Part shown: one piece after another, positions 50,140 through 64,000 of the stretch
Layout of the letters: the number at the start of each line of letters is the position of its first letter
Numbering within the stretch: the stretch's first letter is position 1
Assembly (NCBI RefSeq): GCF_009914755.1
Contig: NC_060945.1
Reading direction: 5' to 3' (one strand)
Length of the DNA stretch: 64,000 bases
From: the human T2T-CHM13v2.0 reference genome, Homo sapiens
Position numbers and translations under genes: made by a program
The notes under the pieces: model-generated
Seen by the model: the letters and a program-made list of their open reading frames with translations, nothing else
Databases searched by the model: none
Told to the model about the DNA's origin: nothing

Positions 50140-50302
50140 CAGGTATGGTGGCATGTGCCTGTAGTCCCAGCTACTTGGGAAGCTGAGGTCAGAGAATCAC
50201 TTGAGTCTGGGAGGTTGGGGCTGCAGTGAGCCATGATTGTGTCACTGCACTCCTGCCTGGGCAACAGAGTGAGACCCTGTCTCAAAAAACAAACAAACAA
50301 AA
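49973..50302 (+). mobile_element. AluJ-like with (AC)n in the linker
   Basis: TSD aaatcacaggtca. Confidence 0.88.
50092..50135. repeat. (AC)22 microsatellite
   Basis: Uninterrupted AC run in the Alu middle A-rich linker. Confidence 0.95.
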
Positions 50303-53300
50303 CAGTAAACAAATCACAGGTCAGTATAACTATATTGTTTTGTTATTTAACACGCATTTGGAGGACTTAGTGAATATGTTGTGTTATGGTTATTATCTCT
50401 AGTATTCCTCTCAAACCTGATAAAGCCAAAACAAACAATTAAATTGGAGAATCAAAAGATTTATAGAATTTGATTGAGACAACTCAGAGATGGATTTATC
50501 ATTTAGTCTCTTAAGTGTCACTTGCCCACTTTTCTTTGTTGTAGCCACACTGGAAAATGAAATACTTTTTTTGTAACTTTAGAGCATGTGTCCATTAGCA
50601 ACCATGTTTTCTTGGATGAAGAGATAGGCCAGGAGGAGCCAGTCTCCTGACTCTTGGGGTTTCTTCAGTGCCCCTCTTGATCGGCAGTGCCTTTAGAGCA
50701 TCCACGCTGTTGATGCAAAAATTACTTCTGCCTTCCTGGGATGTGTCATTTCACACATCTAACCTGATAGTGTGAATTTGTTGTATCCTAAACCTTCCTT
50801 TCCCTAAAGGAAGCCAGCTGGAGAGTACAGAAAAGAAATTAGGGCTTCCTGTTCTTTTGTATTTCATGTTCACGTAGATTGTTCACCTGGAAGAAGGAAA
50901 TGCAGTTCCCTCATTATAGGTTAGTACTGTAACACTGGAGGAATACCTTACAGAGTACAGAATTTTAAAATTAGTTGATCAGGATACTAAATCTATATTA
51001 AGTGGCTGGCTCCACAAATGAGGATAACATTTAACAAAAATTGATTCTCACTATTTTGGGTAAATTGCAATAAGTCATTCACCTACTTTGATGCATGCTC
51101 AGAGTTATGTCCAGTTTCTTAGGTATAAAGGTAATACAGGGAATAATCGTACCCTGGTTCAGCCCAGATTCTGAGTTATAAGACAGTGATTAGGAAGTAT
51201 AGGAAGCGTATTTAGTCAAAAAACTAAATACACTTATACTTTCCTTTTCTTTTAACATACAATCTGATTTAGTTCTTTCTCTAGAATGTCTTGCTCAGAT
51301 TAATTTGTCTTTTGTGGGTTTCTCCCATTTTCTTCAGTTCAGGAAGAATTCCTTCCTTCCCTACCCAAAATCTGATAAGCAAAGATAGAAATTCTCAAAG
51401 CATTAATTAAAGAGGAAAAAGTTACAGGTTAACAGGTATTTGTCTCGTATAGGAAGCAACCTGTTGAAAACATAAGGCATACTTATAATCGTGATCTTCT
51501 GTTAAATGGCTCCATATTCAAAGTCGTGGGCCTTTAAGTTTCTACCTAATCCATGGAAATTGAAGGCTCATTTTTTGTTTTCCAAAAAAGGCTGTTTTTC
51601 CATGCGTTTTAATAGATATTTACCTTTTAGGTGTCATATTTATATATTCAAAAAAAGATCCTAAGATGTAAATATCTTTCTATTTACCACCCAAACCAAT
51701 AATTACTTGAGAAAGGAAACAGGAATCTTACTGTAGCAAATAAACTTTGCTTTTGGGTTTTAAATAAGTCTGTAAAAACAGGGAGGGTGGGAGAAGAGGA
51801 GAAACGATAGCACCCTGAAATATTGAAGCTCTTATCCTACAAATTCCCCAATTGGCAGCCTTTGTACTTATGCTGCCCTTGCTATGCATGATAAATTTTA
51901 GGTTTTTGATTATCAAATGAAATATTTGAACAGTGAATTAACCAGGAATAATTAATTTTATTGTGATTATTGCTAGCATGAATTAGTACATCTTAAAATA
52001 GTTTTAATTCAGTGGGTAAAATTTATTTACCATTAATTTCTGCTTTTAAAATGTGTTCTGTATGTAACAAATACCTTATTAAGAAATCGGTAGTCTTCTC
52101 AGATCCACGTTCTAGAAACAACAATTTAAAATTATTATCTATGACTTCTACTTCAGTTTACATGAAAATTAAAACTCCCAACTTTTTTGGAGACTCTGTG
52201 TACCAAAAGGGTAGTTTTTCTTACACACAGTGCTTACCTATAGGCATAAAATTATGATTCAAACAAGTGTTAAATAACATTACTGCTAGGACTTTTTGGA
52301 CAGTAGCACCTGACTTTACCTTGACCTTGGCGATGTCAGTAGTTACTGTAGCAGTTTTCCTTGGCACTGACAGCCTAATGTTCCATATTTTAATGTCTTA
52401 GCTCTAAGATGGAGCAGCAGCACAAAGTACAGCTTGTAGTTTTCCAGGCTCCTTTAAGAGGTCAAATAAGGAGAATCCAACACCCAACGGAGCTAGATTT
52501 TATGTTTCATGTTGAAAAGTTGAGTCCTTGTTGGTTCCTGTCTAGTCAGTGTGTACTGGACAAGTCCTAATGTGAATGGCCGTTTACATTTGAGCATTTC
52601 TTTCTTCCAGTCAGTGGCAATGGAGGAGGCAGTGTTGCAGTGCCTGGCAGTTCTCCTGGGCTGCGTCATCCACTTAGACTTCTTTCTAAAGGTCTCCATG
52701 CCCTACTCAGGCAATGCACATCTTTCTCAGACTAAGAATGATGAACCATCTCCAGCTCTGTGCTTCAGTTTCCCCTGCGCAGATGAGTGCTCAGTGTCTA
52801 AGATAGCATTTACCATGAAGTACTAAGCCTTCTTTATAAAAGTTAATTACTAGTTATTATTAATCGTGGAGTATGATTGATTCTTTCCTATTGACGAGTT
52901 GCGTGTGTGTATGGTGGTGTAAACTGAATTACAGGCTGGACAAGGTACTGTATACTGTAGTCTTGTCTTTTTAACAAGCATTTTAGATCATTGAATTTGA
53001 GCTTGTCTGCAAAAATGTGAAAGCGCTCAGTTGTTATTTGGGTCATGTGCATGTTTCCATCATGGGAGACATACTGTGATCAGTATACTATTCCAAATGT
53101 GTATAGCATTTTATTTTCTAGCAAAGTTTGAATATTTAAGACTAATTCACAATTATGATTTAATTCCTTAGTATACTTGGGAAATCCAGGCTTCTAAAAT
53201 TAGACACAAGAGGCTGTTAGAAATATAAATTCTCCCCATAATGCTACCTGTTCTAAAAATTGCTCTTAGAACCGAATCGATGTTGAAATGAGAAGGCCAG

Positions 53301-54228
53301 TTGTAGTAAATGAGGTTGTTTGCTTAACTAAAGCCTTTATACTCTTGGTTTCAGACACTAGCTTTCATGGGAGGCTCATTCATTATGAAGGCAGTGAAAG
53401 GCAAAATGTTTAGCAACCAGAGGAAAAAAGAAAAGAGCTGGAGAAAGAACTGCAGAACAGAGTAAGAAGTCAGGGAAAAAAATGCTTGTGAAGGGAAACA
53501 ATGAAGGAAGGAGAAAGACTCAGAAAGAGGAGGCACAGAGACAGTGAGAGAAATCAGTATGAATTCAAATAGCCATGTTGCTTTGTCATAATTAGTAGAA
53601 TAATGTTTGGTTCTTTCATTCTGTTCAAGCTAAAATTTTATTTTTACCTATATGATCCTTTGGAAAAGACCTCTTATGCACAGAAGTAATAAAGTGCTCT
53701 AACTCTCATTCTGTCAGATTCTGTGCCATACCAGTAGGCTGCTTGGTTGAGTTTTTTAGTTACAGCATGGGTTTTTTTTCTTTTTAAGGTTGTAAAAATT
53801 TAATAAAAGATAATTTGGGAAAGGGTTAAGAAGAACTCAGTCTTTTGAAAAAATACTTTCTTCTCTTAATGGAATATTGCTTTGTGACTGAAGCAGACAC
53901 TTTGAGGGAAATTCAGATTTTCAGGACAAAATGGAATCAGTTTTCTCTTTCTGGTAATGCTTCCCAAGGGTACTTCCCAAAGCCTCATGGCAGAGGGTGT
54001 CTGATTACCTATTACTATTGCAGAGAGGACAAGAGCTTCTAGCTCTTCTGCCCACCTCCTTCCACACACACACCTTGCTCCAATCTCCCTTAGCACTTGT
54101 GACACATTGACTACCATTTTGTGCCATGGGAAATAGTCTTATTATTTTGTTAAATACTGACTTCAAATTTAAATTTTTGAACATGTTTTCAAACAGTATA
54201 TCCCATTTCAGAATTTAAATAACCAGTC

Positions 54229-54528
54229 AGGCCAGGTGCAGTGGCTCATGCCTATAATCCTAACACTTTGGGAGTTCGAGGCGAGTGGATCACTTGAGGT
54301 CAGGAGTTTGAGACCAGCCTGGCCAACATGGCAAAATCCTGTCTCTACTAAAAATACAAAAATTGGCTGGGTGTGGTGGCATGCACCTGTAATCCCAGCT
54401 GCTCGGGAGGCTGAGGCAGGAGAATCACTTGAACTTCATCACGGCAGAGGATGCAGAGAGCCAAGATCATGCCACTGCATCCCAGCCTGGGCAACAGAGC
54501 AAGACTCCATCTCAAATAAATAAATAAA
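54229..54528 (+). mobile_element. AluS
   Basis: TSD aataacca(g/a)tca. Confidence 0.92.
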
Positions 54529-54599
54529 TGAATAACCAATCAGTATATATTTTTCTGTATAGTCCTCTCAGTTTTAATGCATCGAGAATGAATAAATGT

Positions 54600-54735
54600 A
54601 GCCTGGTACAGTGACATATATCTCAGGAGGCTGAGGTGGGAGGATCACATGAAGCCAGACGTTCAAGGCTATGATCGTGCCTGTGAGTAGCCGCTGTACT
54701 CCAGCCTGGACAACACATGTCTCTAAATAAATAAA
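54600..54735 (+). mobile_element. Partial or monomeric old Alu
   Basis: caggaggctgaggtgggaggatcac...actccagcctgg. Confidence 0.7.
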
Positions 54736-57700
54736 TTTTTTAAATGAATGAATAAATTTATAATTTTATGATAAATGGGCTATCAGTTTACCTTGATTTG
54801 GGTATAGTTTCTGTGTTCTGAAATCGTTATTTTTCAAAATTTTCCATACAGGCACAAGTTCTCACCTCATGGGGTTTGTTAACTGGCCTTCTTTAATAGC
54901 TCTTCATTTGTTTCACAACCACTTAATTTGAAAAAGTTAATGTATTTTAAAACTCCAAAGGCCTTCTATAAATTTTGATACCGTATACTACATATTATCC
55001 CTAGGTGAGAAATAATGTTTATTTACAGAAAAGCACTTCTACTTTGGACTTTTTATGGATGTGATATTATAGATAAACACCTGAAATTTCTGATGCTGGT
55101 AGCTACATCATTTTTTAATGAGGTCAATTTAATATTAACAGTATGAAGATTATTATAAATGTTATATGTGAGCTAAATAATTTTATCTTGATTTATGGTT
55201 TTGAGTTCATGAAATTTAAGTAATTAAGTTATGTTTGTTTTTGTCTCTCATTTCCAAGAGACATCCTGAGGCGAACCAAAAGCAAAATCCTTCAAAAAAG
55301 TTAAATATCTAAATCAGTAAATACATTTCCATTAACTGCTGGTCTCCTTTCATAGACCCCTGTTGCTATTTTTTTCTCTTCATATACATTATGCAAAGTA
55401 ATGTTTGTGAAAAGGAATCCTATATATTGTTCAGGCGCATGCTACTTTATATTTCAAGTAATATTGTTTCACATAATACATGTATTTTTGAGTGTCTCTA
55501 AGACCAGATGAAGGAGAAACAGTCACAGTTATTAAATCAAGTGATTCTGTGCCTTTTAGCTTAGCAATAGAACAAACTTCTTCAGTAAACCTGAGCCACA
55601 TTTCTCAGGGGAAAAATAGTTGGATTTTCTTGGGTATTCAATTTGTCAAACAGATTGCTTTTGAAATACTTTGGCTCTGTGCCATAGGATGTCCAAAGAT
55701 GTTTTATGGTTCAAATATCTTAGTTCTTTAGGGGAAATAAGTGACTTTTCCCTCTTTGGTCTAGGGAAGAAAATTAAAAGCAAGTTGATTTTCGTTTATC
55801 TTAACTAATACAAAACAGAATCTTGATATGCCAGTAATTTGTTATTGTGGTTCATGAGCTGTGCTTGATCAAAGACCCCTTGAGACTAATAAAAGCTGTG
55901 AGCTTTCTCCACCAGAAAAATGCCCATATACCCCAAGTCTGCATGCAACATAGTATCCACAGGGCTGAAGCTTATTCATGGAACCTGGTTAAGAAACTCT
56001 GTATTTTCATGATTCTGCATAAATTGTGATTTTTTAAAAAAAACTTATTTTAATATTTAATATTAATATTTAATATATGTGTGTAGTATATATACTACAC
56101 ATTTTATAGTTTTATTTTTTCTGCATAAGTATTTGTTACATGCAGCTACAATTTCTTGACTACTTAATAATTTCTTATTTAAGAAAGTACTGTAATTATG
56201 TTTTATTGGAAGATAATATCAAATTATTACATACTCTACCTAGTGTAAAACATGTCATACACTTGAATAGAATTCATAAAAGAAAAATCAACAAAGTTGT
56301 ACACTCCGTACTATATTGCTAGATTAATATCCATCCAAGAAACAAGTTTTTGTAGAATTACTGGTTTTAGAAAAAAAAATCACTTAACTTTAGGAAGAAC
56401 CGAGTGAGATACTGACTTTTGATTCGTGGTAATTTGTTTGTTTTCTTTCTGTTATAATAGCAAAATAACTGTGACAAATTCCATGTGGATTTAATAGAAT
56501 TTGCAGGGTCATTTAAATCAAGTTGCCTACCAGGAAATGTTGATACTTTCAGTGTGGTGAAATTTTCCTTAGCCATTTCCCCCAATAATTTGCTCATTTC
56601 CTAGATATGTAATTTAATGGCACTAGATTTGTTTGTCACTTTGAATTTTTTTCTTTCTGAAGGAGTTAAAAGGATACTTCTTAATAACTGTAACTGTACT
56701 TGAGTCTCTTTAATAGTATGGAGAAGAATGAGAGAATAGTGTAGCCATCTGCTCCCCTATGTGAAAGGACTGGGTATTCTACAAGGACTTTGTTCTGGCA
56801 AAGGAAGGAGAGTCATTCACTCATTTTTTTAAGAGTATATATTTCTTCATTCTATAGATTGCCTTCTCGGAAGTTCAACTTTTTAAAAAGCTTATCAACT
56901 TAGAAATCATCCATGTTCTGCTTATGTTGATTCATGCCATAGTAAACTCTTTAAGTCCAAGAAAAGAGAAGACCCAGAATGCCTGCCTCTGGGCAGCATG
57001 TTGATTTCCTTACAACTGTGTATCTCAGCAGTGTTTGACTTGGATGAAGGAAATGATAGAAAAACTTTGCCATCTTGAAATCTGGATCATAAGGTGCCAG
57101 AGCCTTCTGTTAGCTTATTTGTCGTCTGTTATTTTATGGTTCCTGCAAGCTCCATTCCTTGGAGGTGCTTGAAACTGCAACTTACATAATCAGTTCCTAA
57201 GATCGGTTCAAATACTGCTATACTCAAAAACAAGTGTGTTTAAAAAATTTAAGTATCTTTTTTCATGTATTTGATACATTTAAAAATTATTTTTGAAACT
57301 GTGTCATAGGTAGGTTTTTTTTCTGTAGATTCTTCAAAATCACTTTTTCTTACAAGCTTTTCAATTTTATAGTCTCTCCTAATGTATTACTAGCTTTACT
57401 TAAATCCGGTAATCAATGATCTATAAATCCATATCCAGTTACAAGAGCCTAGTATAGAAAGGAAATGTGCGGTATAATTCTTGGGGAAAAATGAAAAATC
57501 TTCATTTGTGCCTATGGGCTATCTATTATAGTATGTTGATACATCATGGCCAGTGTCCATTCTGGTTGTGCAGTACCTGTTGTTGAATATTTTGAATATC
57601 ACTCATGAATACATTTTTTCCTGGATGAAATAAGGACTTTTCTTTATTTAATATATAATCAGATTCCTGAACATCAAGCTGAAATGTTATTTCTCTTCCG

Positions 57701-57898
57701 GCATTTCTTACTCCTTTGTAGGGTTTAATTTCAGCTCAGGGTTATTTTGCTTATGCTTTTTTCACTTATTCTTGCAGTTAAGAATAAAATTCTAAATAAA
57801 ACAGATACTGAAATAAATAAATACTTTATTTGTTTGTTAGACATTGTGATGAACAATGTCTAAGATTTATCAGATCCCAAAACTAGAAGAACACCTAA

Positions 57899-58195
<297 letters not shown>

Positions 58196-58644
58196 ATGGT
58201 GGCGTAACTTTTAAGTATAGTCTTTTGCTGTAAATTATTTTTTCTGAACCTATTTAAGAATTTGATGGTCTTGAAAATGAAATTTTCATTCATATTATTA
58301 CTGATTATTTATTCTTGATTCCAGGTTACTATGAAAACCAGTACTACTGATTTTTTAACACATTAAAATTAAGTTTTACATCCCTTGGTATGGCAGTGAG
58401 AAAGATGATGAAAAATGGACTTCTTTCTCCCTAGGGTTGATTTTCTGATCTCAGCACTTTAAACAGTCAGTGTGAGGCTGCATCATTGCTTTCCAGTCTT
58501 AGCCTTCTTTTCCCCTTCCCTCTGTTCCACATGTCAGGTCTGCTGCCATAGGGAACAGTCCAATTTGTGCCTTACAAAGGTACCTTTTCCTGCTGTGTCC
58601 TGCCTGGATGTTCCCAGTGTCATCTGCTAGGTTCCCTACTGAAG

Positions 58645-58770
58645 CCCCTTCTTCCTTTCTTTTTCCTCCTTCCCCCTTCCTTCCTTTCCTTTTTTCCTTC
58701 TTCCCTTCTTCTCCATTTTCCCCTTCCCCTTTTCCTCCAGTACCTTCCTCTTCCTAAGTACCTCCCCCCA
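58645..58770. repeat. CT-rich low-complexity polypyrimidine tract
   Basis: About 120 nt almost free of purines. Confidence 0.85.
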
Positions 58771-60121
58771 GACCCCTATCTCCAGTTAAACTTTTTCTTT
58801 TATCTCATTGTTCTTTTAAAGCCTCTCAGCGTCACTTACAGTTTATAAAACATTTGTGTATGGATTTTAACTTTAACCTTAGCAAAATTAGTAGGAAAAG
58901 GTTAGCCTAACCCTTAGGATTTTTTTCCAATAACAAGTGCATTTTAATACTGACTTTCTACAGACAAACCGTCTACCTTTGTTGTTCAATCTCTGAATGA
59001 ATCTAAAGGTAGGAATTTTAGGGCCTGGAAGAAACCTACCTGCCCATCTAGTCTTGCCAGTGAGAAAGGTGATAGAAGACGACAGGGCAAATCTTAGTCC
59101 TTAACTCTCCCCATAGAGATCCCTGGGCCATGTACTGGGAGGACCAGCCCTGGTTAGATCAAGAAATCAGCTGGAAAGATACCTTGGCTCTACTGGGCAC
59201 TTTGACTCATCTGATTTATCGCTGGCCCACATAAGACGAGTTTCAGTGACTCAATCTATTGGTGACCATTTGATTTCTATGGAATCAGGGAGTTTCTTCC
59301 TCAGCAGACGTTTCCTTATTCTTCCTATTTTCAGGTGTCTAAACTTGTGACTTGAGTACTTTAAATATCATAGAATGCATTTTATTTTCAGTAGCCTGCT
59401 AAGGAAATTACTGCTATTCCTGCAGCTAGTAGTATCAAGTGAGGAAATTGGATCCAAGGTATTCATCATCAAATTATAGCTTTTTACTTTTAACCTGATT
59501 GCTGGTTTAGTTTGGGGCAGTTAGCGACTTGAAGGATAGATTTAGTAAGAAAAGATGCTCTGGAAGAGGAGCAACTTGAAGAAAAATAGACCCTGGGGGG
59601 AAGAATTGAGGTCAAAGAATTGAGGAGCAAAGAGATGTCCATTTGTTCTAAGGCAGCTTAGTGAAAGGTGGAGGTGAGGTTTGAATGGAGGTAGTCAGTG
59701 AAGAAGAGGCATCTGTATTTTCAAAGCCAGTAAAGGTTGGTGTTGATTGATAATCAAAAGAAGCTTAAGTTTTATTCATGATCATCGTCATATCTTGGAA
59801 CTGGTTACGTTCCATTATGATTGCTGAGCCTTTAGCAGCAGAGCTCACCTCCTGCCCTTCGCTAGCAGGTTTCTTCTAGAGCAGATCATGGAAAATGGTA
59901 TAATGTGTATGGCTCATTAGAATGTAATCTTAAGTGGCCTTTGGAAATCAGTCATGTCAAAATGTGGTGTGATTCTAGCTTTCCAAGTTGACTTTTTCCA
60001 ACTCTGAAACGTTATCTCCTAAGTGTCCTAGGCTTCCCACTATGAAATGTTGCATGCTGATAAATAGTTGATGTACCTGTCACTCATGTCGCTACATGAA
60101 CTGTTTCTCGGTTAATTATAG

Positions 60122-60249
60122 GAACTAAGAGAAATACACAATAAGCAACAACTCCAGAAGCAAAAGTCCATGGAGGCTGAACGACTGAAACAGAAAGAAC
60201 AAGAACGAAAGATCATAGAATTAGAAAAACAAAAAGAAGAAGCCCAAAG
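60122..60249 (+). CDS. ITSN1: ITSN1 coding exon (probably exon 17; 128 nt, phase 0 to 2)
   Basis: taattatag|GAA CTA AGA ... GCC CAA AG|gtgagt; encodes [42 protein letters not shown](R); absent from the ORF track. Confidence 0.96.
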
Positions 60250-60949
60250 GTGAGTCTTCTTTGGATTGTGGACTCATCTGGAAGGAACTTTGAGGATTTA
60301 CTATTCTTTGCTTGGCTTCTCCAAGTAGTTACTGCACCAGAAAGAGCCTTCAGTCTTTAGTGTGCATGTGAAGTGTGAGTGCAAACACAAACACGTGTAT
60401 ATATGAATCTTTGCATGTATCAGTACCCTCTGAAGTTTTTGGTTGGTTCCCAGAGCTCTCTCAAGCTACTACTATGTAGATAAATGGAATTATACAAGGA
60501 AATTGGGACACTTGGTGTGCTCATTTGCATGCTAATGGCCAGTTCACAGCCTTTTACTAACAGCTAACAGGGGTTGGAGTGCCTGGTTTAAAATCCAAGC
60601 CACTGAGCTAGTGCCCCACACAGGGCTTCTCCAGCAGGGTCAGGGTGGGCCTCTTCTGTTTTTCAACTGCAAATTAAACTTTAGTACAAAAGGGGGAAAT
60701 TTGCCACCGCTGCTTAGTGTGTAGGATACAGACATGTTTTTATCTGTTTTTGTTTGAAGATTTATTTGTGATATTTTTATTTTTACTTGTAACTTACTGT
60801 AGTAAATTGTAGAAATTTGTGTCTGATTTTGTTACTGGGTATTTGCCTTTTAAATGTCAGTTAATTTTAGACTCCACGAAACAAAAATGACCAAATGTCC
60901 CAATGACAGCCCCGTAAATTATAAAAGTTGGTAATTGAAATTAGATTAA

Positions 60950-61234
<285 letters not shown>

Positions 61235-61664
61235 TTAGATTAAAAAGGCGAAGAAACGGATACTTGAGGCAAGTCATTGACTTTAGTGGGCTGAGTTCAG
61301 TTAACCTGCCAAGAGCTGTGCATACTTTCTTATGGGTATATAGAGTCTTCTGTTTGTTTTTCAGTGCCAGTGGGGAGGTATCTGGGGTCCCAGACCAATT
61401 TACAGGATTGTTTTATGGTTTTCTTGGGGGTCAGACTAAGGATCTCCTCCTTGGATGTTGATTAACTCCATCCTTTTCTTACCCCCAGAGTTTATAAAAT
61501 GCTTTTATTATTCACACTATACCACACTGAACTGTTAAATTCCTACAGTGTAGAAATAAACATAAAATACAGAAAAATACATAAAATAGCATAATACAGA
61601 AAATAGCATAAAAATATAATATGGAATATGTATTCCAATTATATAGATAAAAACTGCAAATTAA

Positions 61665-62052
<388 letters not shown>

Positions 62053-62329
62053 ACTGTTTTTATTATGGTTTTTTTGTTGTCATGAATAACCATATCCTTA
62101 CCCCTCCAAAAAATGTTTTTATACTTTCTTAAAAGACATTTTAAAAATTGTAAATAAAATGTTTAAGATTTAAGTTTAAAGACTTCTGCATTAAAATATC
62201 ACATTCATACAGAGTAGAAATAAATGTAATTTTTTGACAATGGAGAATAAAAGTATAATTTGTTTCAATTATGTTCCCGTGGCAGATTCCTAATTCTAGC
62301 CGATGACCTGTGTGCGTTAGCCATGTCAC

Positions 62330-62530
62330 AGGATGGCAGTTCAGGGTGGAGACTCTGGGACCAGGCTGCCTGGGATTGAAGCCCATGCATGTATGGCTGT
62401 GTGACGTGGACAAGTCATTTAATATCTCTGCCCCAGCTTCCTCATTTGTAAAATAGGAGTAATACTAGGACTACCAACCTGATTCGCAGTTTAAAGGAGT
62501 TAATATATGGGGAGCTAGTTATTATTATGT
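62330..62530 (+). mobile_element. MIR
   Basis: gctgtgtgacgtggacaagtcatttaatatctctgccccagcttcctcatttgtaaaatagg. Confidence 0.8.
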
Positions 62531-63160
62531 CATTTGTTATTACATATTAGTTTCATTTAAAGTATTTTCTGACTTTATAAAGTATTATGGAATGAGAAAA
62601 ATCATTCTCAGTCTTTTACTGTGGGTTTCAGGTTGAGGCCATCAAAAATTTCAAGGCCTAGATTTAATTACAATTATCTATTTGTGGTAGCTACTTTGAA
62701 AAACAAAATCAAAGTAGTTGAAGTCAATAAAACAATCCCTTGCTTTCAACTTCAGGTTTGGGGAGCAATGTGTGTGCATGTAAATGTGTTGTTCCCTTTG
62801 CTGGGGGGAAATTTTTACAGTGTTGGGTGTATTTTATTTTTATAGAAGTTATGTTCTCTGTGTTTTATGGCTTTGTTTGTTTGTTTTGTCAGTTTAATAC
62901 CAGCTTTATTATTAAGAAGTATTTTTCTTATTCTTGTAACCACTTTGTAAAATACATCAGAAATTTTCTGTGTTTTCCTAAATCATGTGATTTCTTCTCA
63001 TTCAGAACTGGAGCCCTGATTCAGTTGCCCCATCTGAACAACAATGTTCCCTTGATGTTCCCATCCCATTTACTGGATGGAGCTTTTTTTGTGAAAAGAG
63101 GCAACAGTAGTGTTAACTTAGAGTTGCTTTCTTGCTGTAATCAAGCGTGTTTGTTGGCAG

Positions 63161-63390
63161 ACGAGCTCAGGAAAGGGACAAGCAGTGGCTGGAGCATGTG
63201 CAGCAGGAGGACGAGCATCAGAGACCAAGAAAACTCCACGAAGAGGAAAAACTGAAAAGGGAGGAGAGTGTCAAAAAGAAGGATGGCGAGGAAAAAGGCA
63301 AACAGGAAGCACAAGACAAGCTGGGTCGGCTTTTCCATCAACACCAAGAACCAGCTAAGCCAGCTGTCCAGGCACCCTGGTCCACTGCAG
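63161..63390 (+). CDS. ITSN1: ITSN1 coding exon (probably exon 18; 230 nt, phase 2 to 1), end of coiled coil
   Basis: gttggcag|A CGA GCT CAG ... ACT GCA G|gtatta; encodes [20 protein letters not shown]...[10 protein letters not shown]. Confidence 0.97.
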
Positions 63391-63849
63391 GTATTAGAAG
63401 CCAAAAATAATTATAGAAAATAAGTCATCTTCTCTCCCAGAGCCTCCTGAAAAATGCCCCTATCTCATCAGTACCTGTCTTGGCTACATTAACAGATGAG
63501 AACGTCAGTCTCTTATTTTGAGCATGGCCAGCTCTTCTTTCCCCAGGGTCATTTGAGATCTGTGTAATTCTCCCACCACCATGCCAGCCTCTGGCCCACG
63601 TTACACTGGCATCCACGAGTCCTCTACGGAGCTAACAAGTGGCGTGAAGTTCCAGTGGTCTTATATGCTGCAAAAGAACCTGCTGTTTCTCTGGTTTGTT
63701 ATTTCCCTCCCTGGAATTTCTGAGCTGTTTCTGCAACAGAAAGTGGCACCTTTCACCCTTGCCTCCACTGATGGGGCATTCGCTGTCTTCGGTCTGCATT
63801 GCATAAAACTGCTTTTACTTTTTGAAAAATGTAAAAGCATAATTTGCCT

Positions 63850-64000
63850 TTTCTTTACTTCTCTTTTCTTTCTTCTCTTTCCTTTTCTTTTTTCTTTGAG
63901 ACAGTGTCTCACTCTGTCGCCTAGGCTAGAGTGCAGTGGCACACTCATAGTTAAATGCAGCTTCAAACTCTTGGGTTCAAGCAATCCTCCTGTCTTAGCC
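63850..64000 (-). mobile_element. AluJ-like (runs off the window end)
   Basis: T-rich tail then gagacagtgtctcactctgtcgcc. Confidence 0.88.

Overview
This is human (primate) genomic DNA lying entirely inside the intersectin-1 gene (ITSN1, chr21), transcribed on the + strand. I reconstructed 14 consecutive coding exons with GT-AG boundaries and consistent phases (1,997 nt; about aa 62-728, probably exons 5-18, numbering from memory). They encode the end of EH1, the EH1-EH2 linker, EH2 and the KLERQ-rich coiled coil, and stop just before SH3A. The introns hold roughly 45 Alus, old L1 and L2 fragments, MIRs, two MER58A, one MER20 and a MaLR LTR. Almost all ORFs in the supplied track are Alu or L1 artefacts. 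I found no new multi-gene system. The best leads are: (1) a tailless U2 snRNA retro-fragment with a TSD, antisense to the pre-mRNA; (2) a 111-nt GT...AG segment at the start of the 180-nt exon (alternative acceptor or recursive re-splicing); (3) a candidate cryptic exon at about 53.4 kb with the same phases as the RBFOX-motif-flanked exon at 60.1 kb; (4) a +22-nt stop-introducing acceptor; (5) a very young AluYa4/Ya5-lineage insertion; and (6) several Alu oddities. Repeat subfamily names and repeat boundaries are by-eye estimates.
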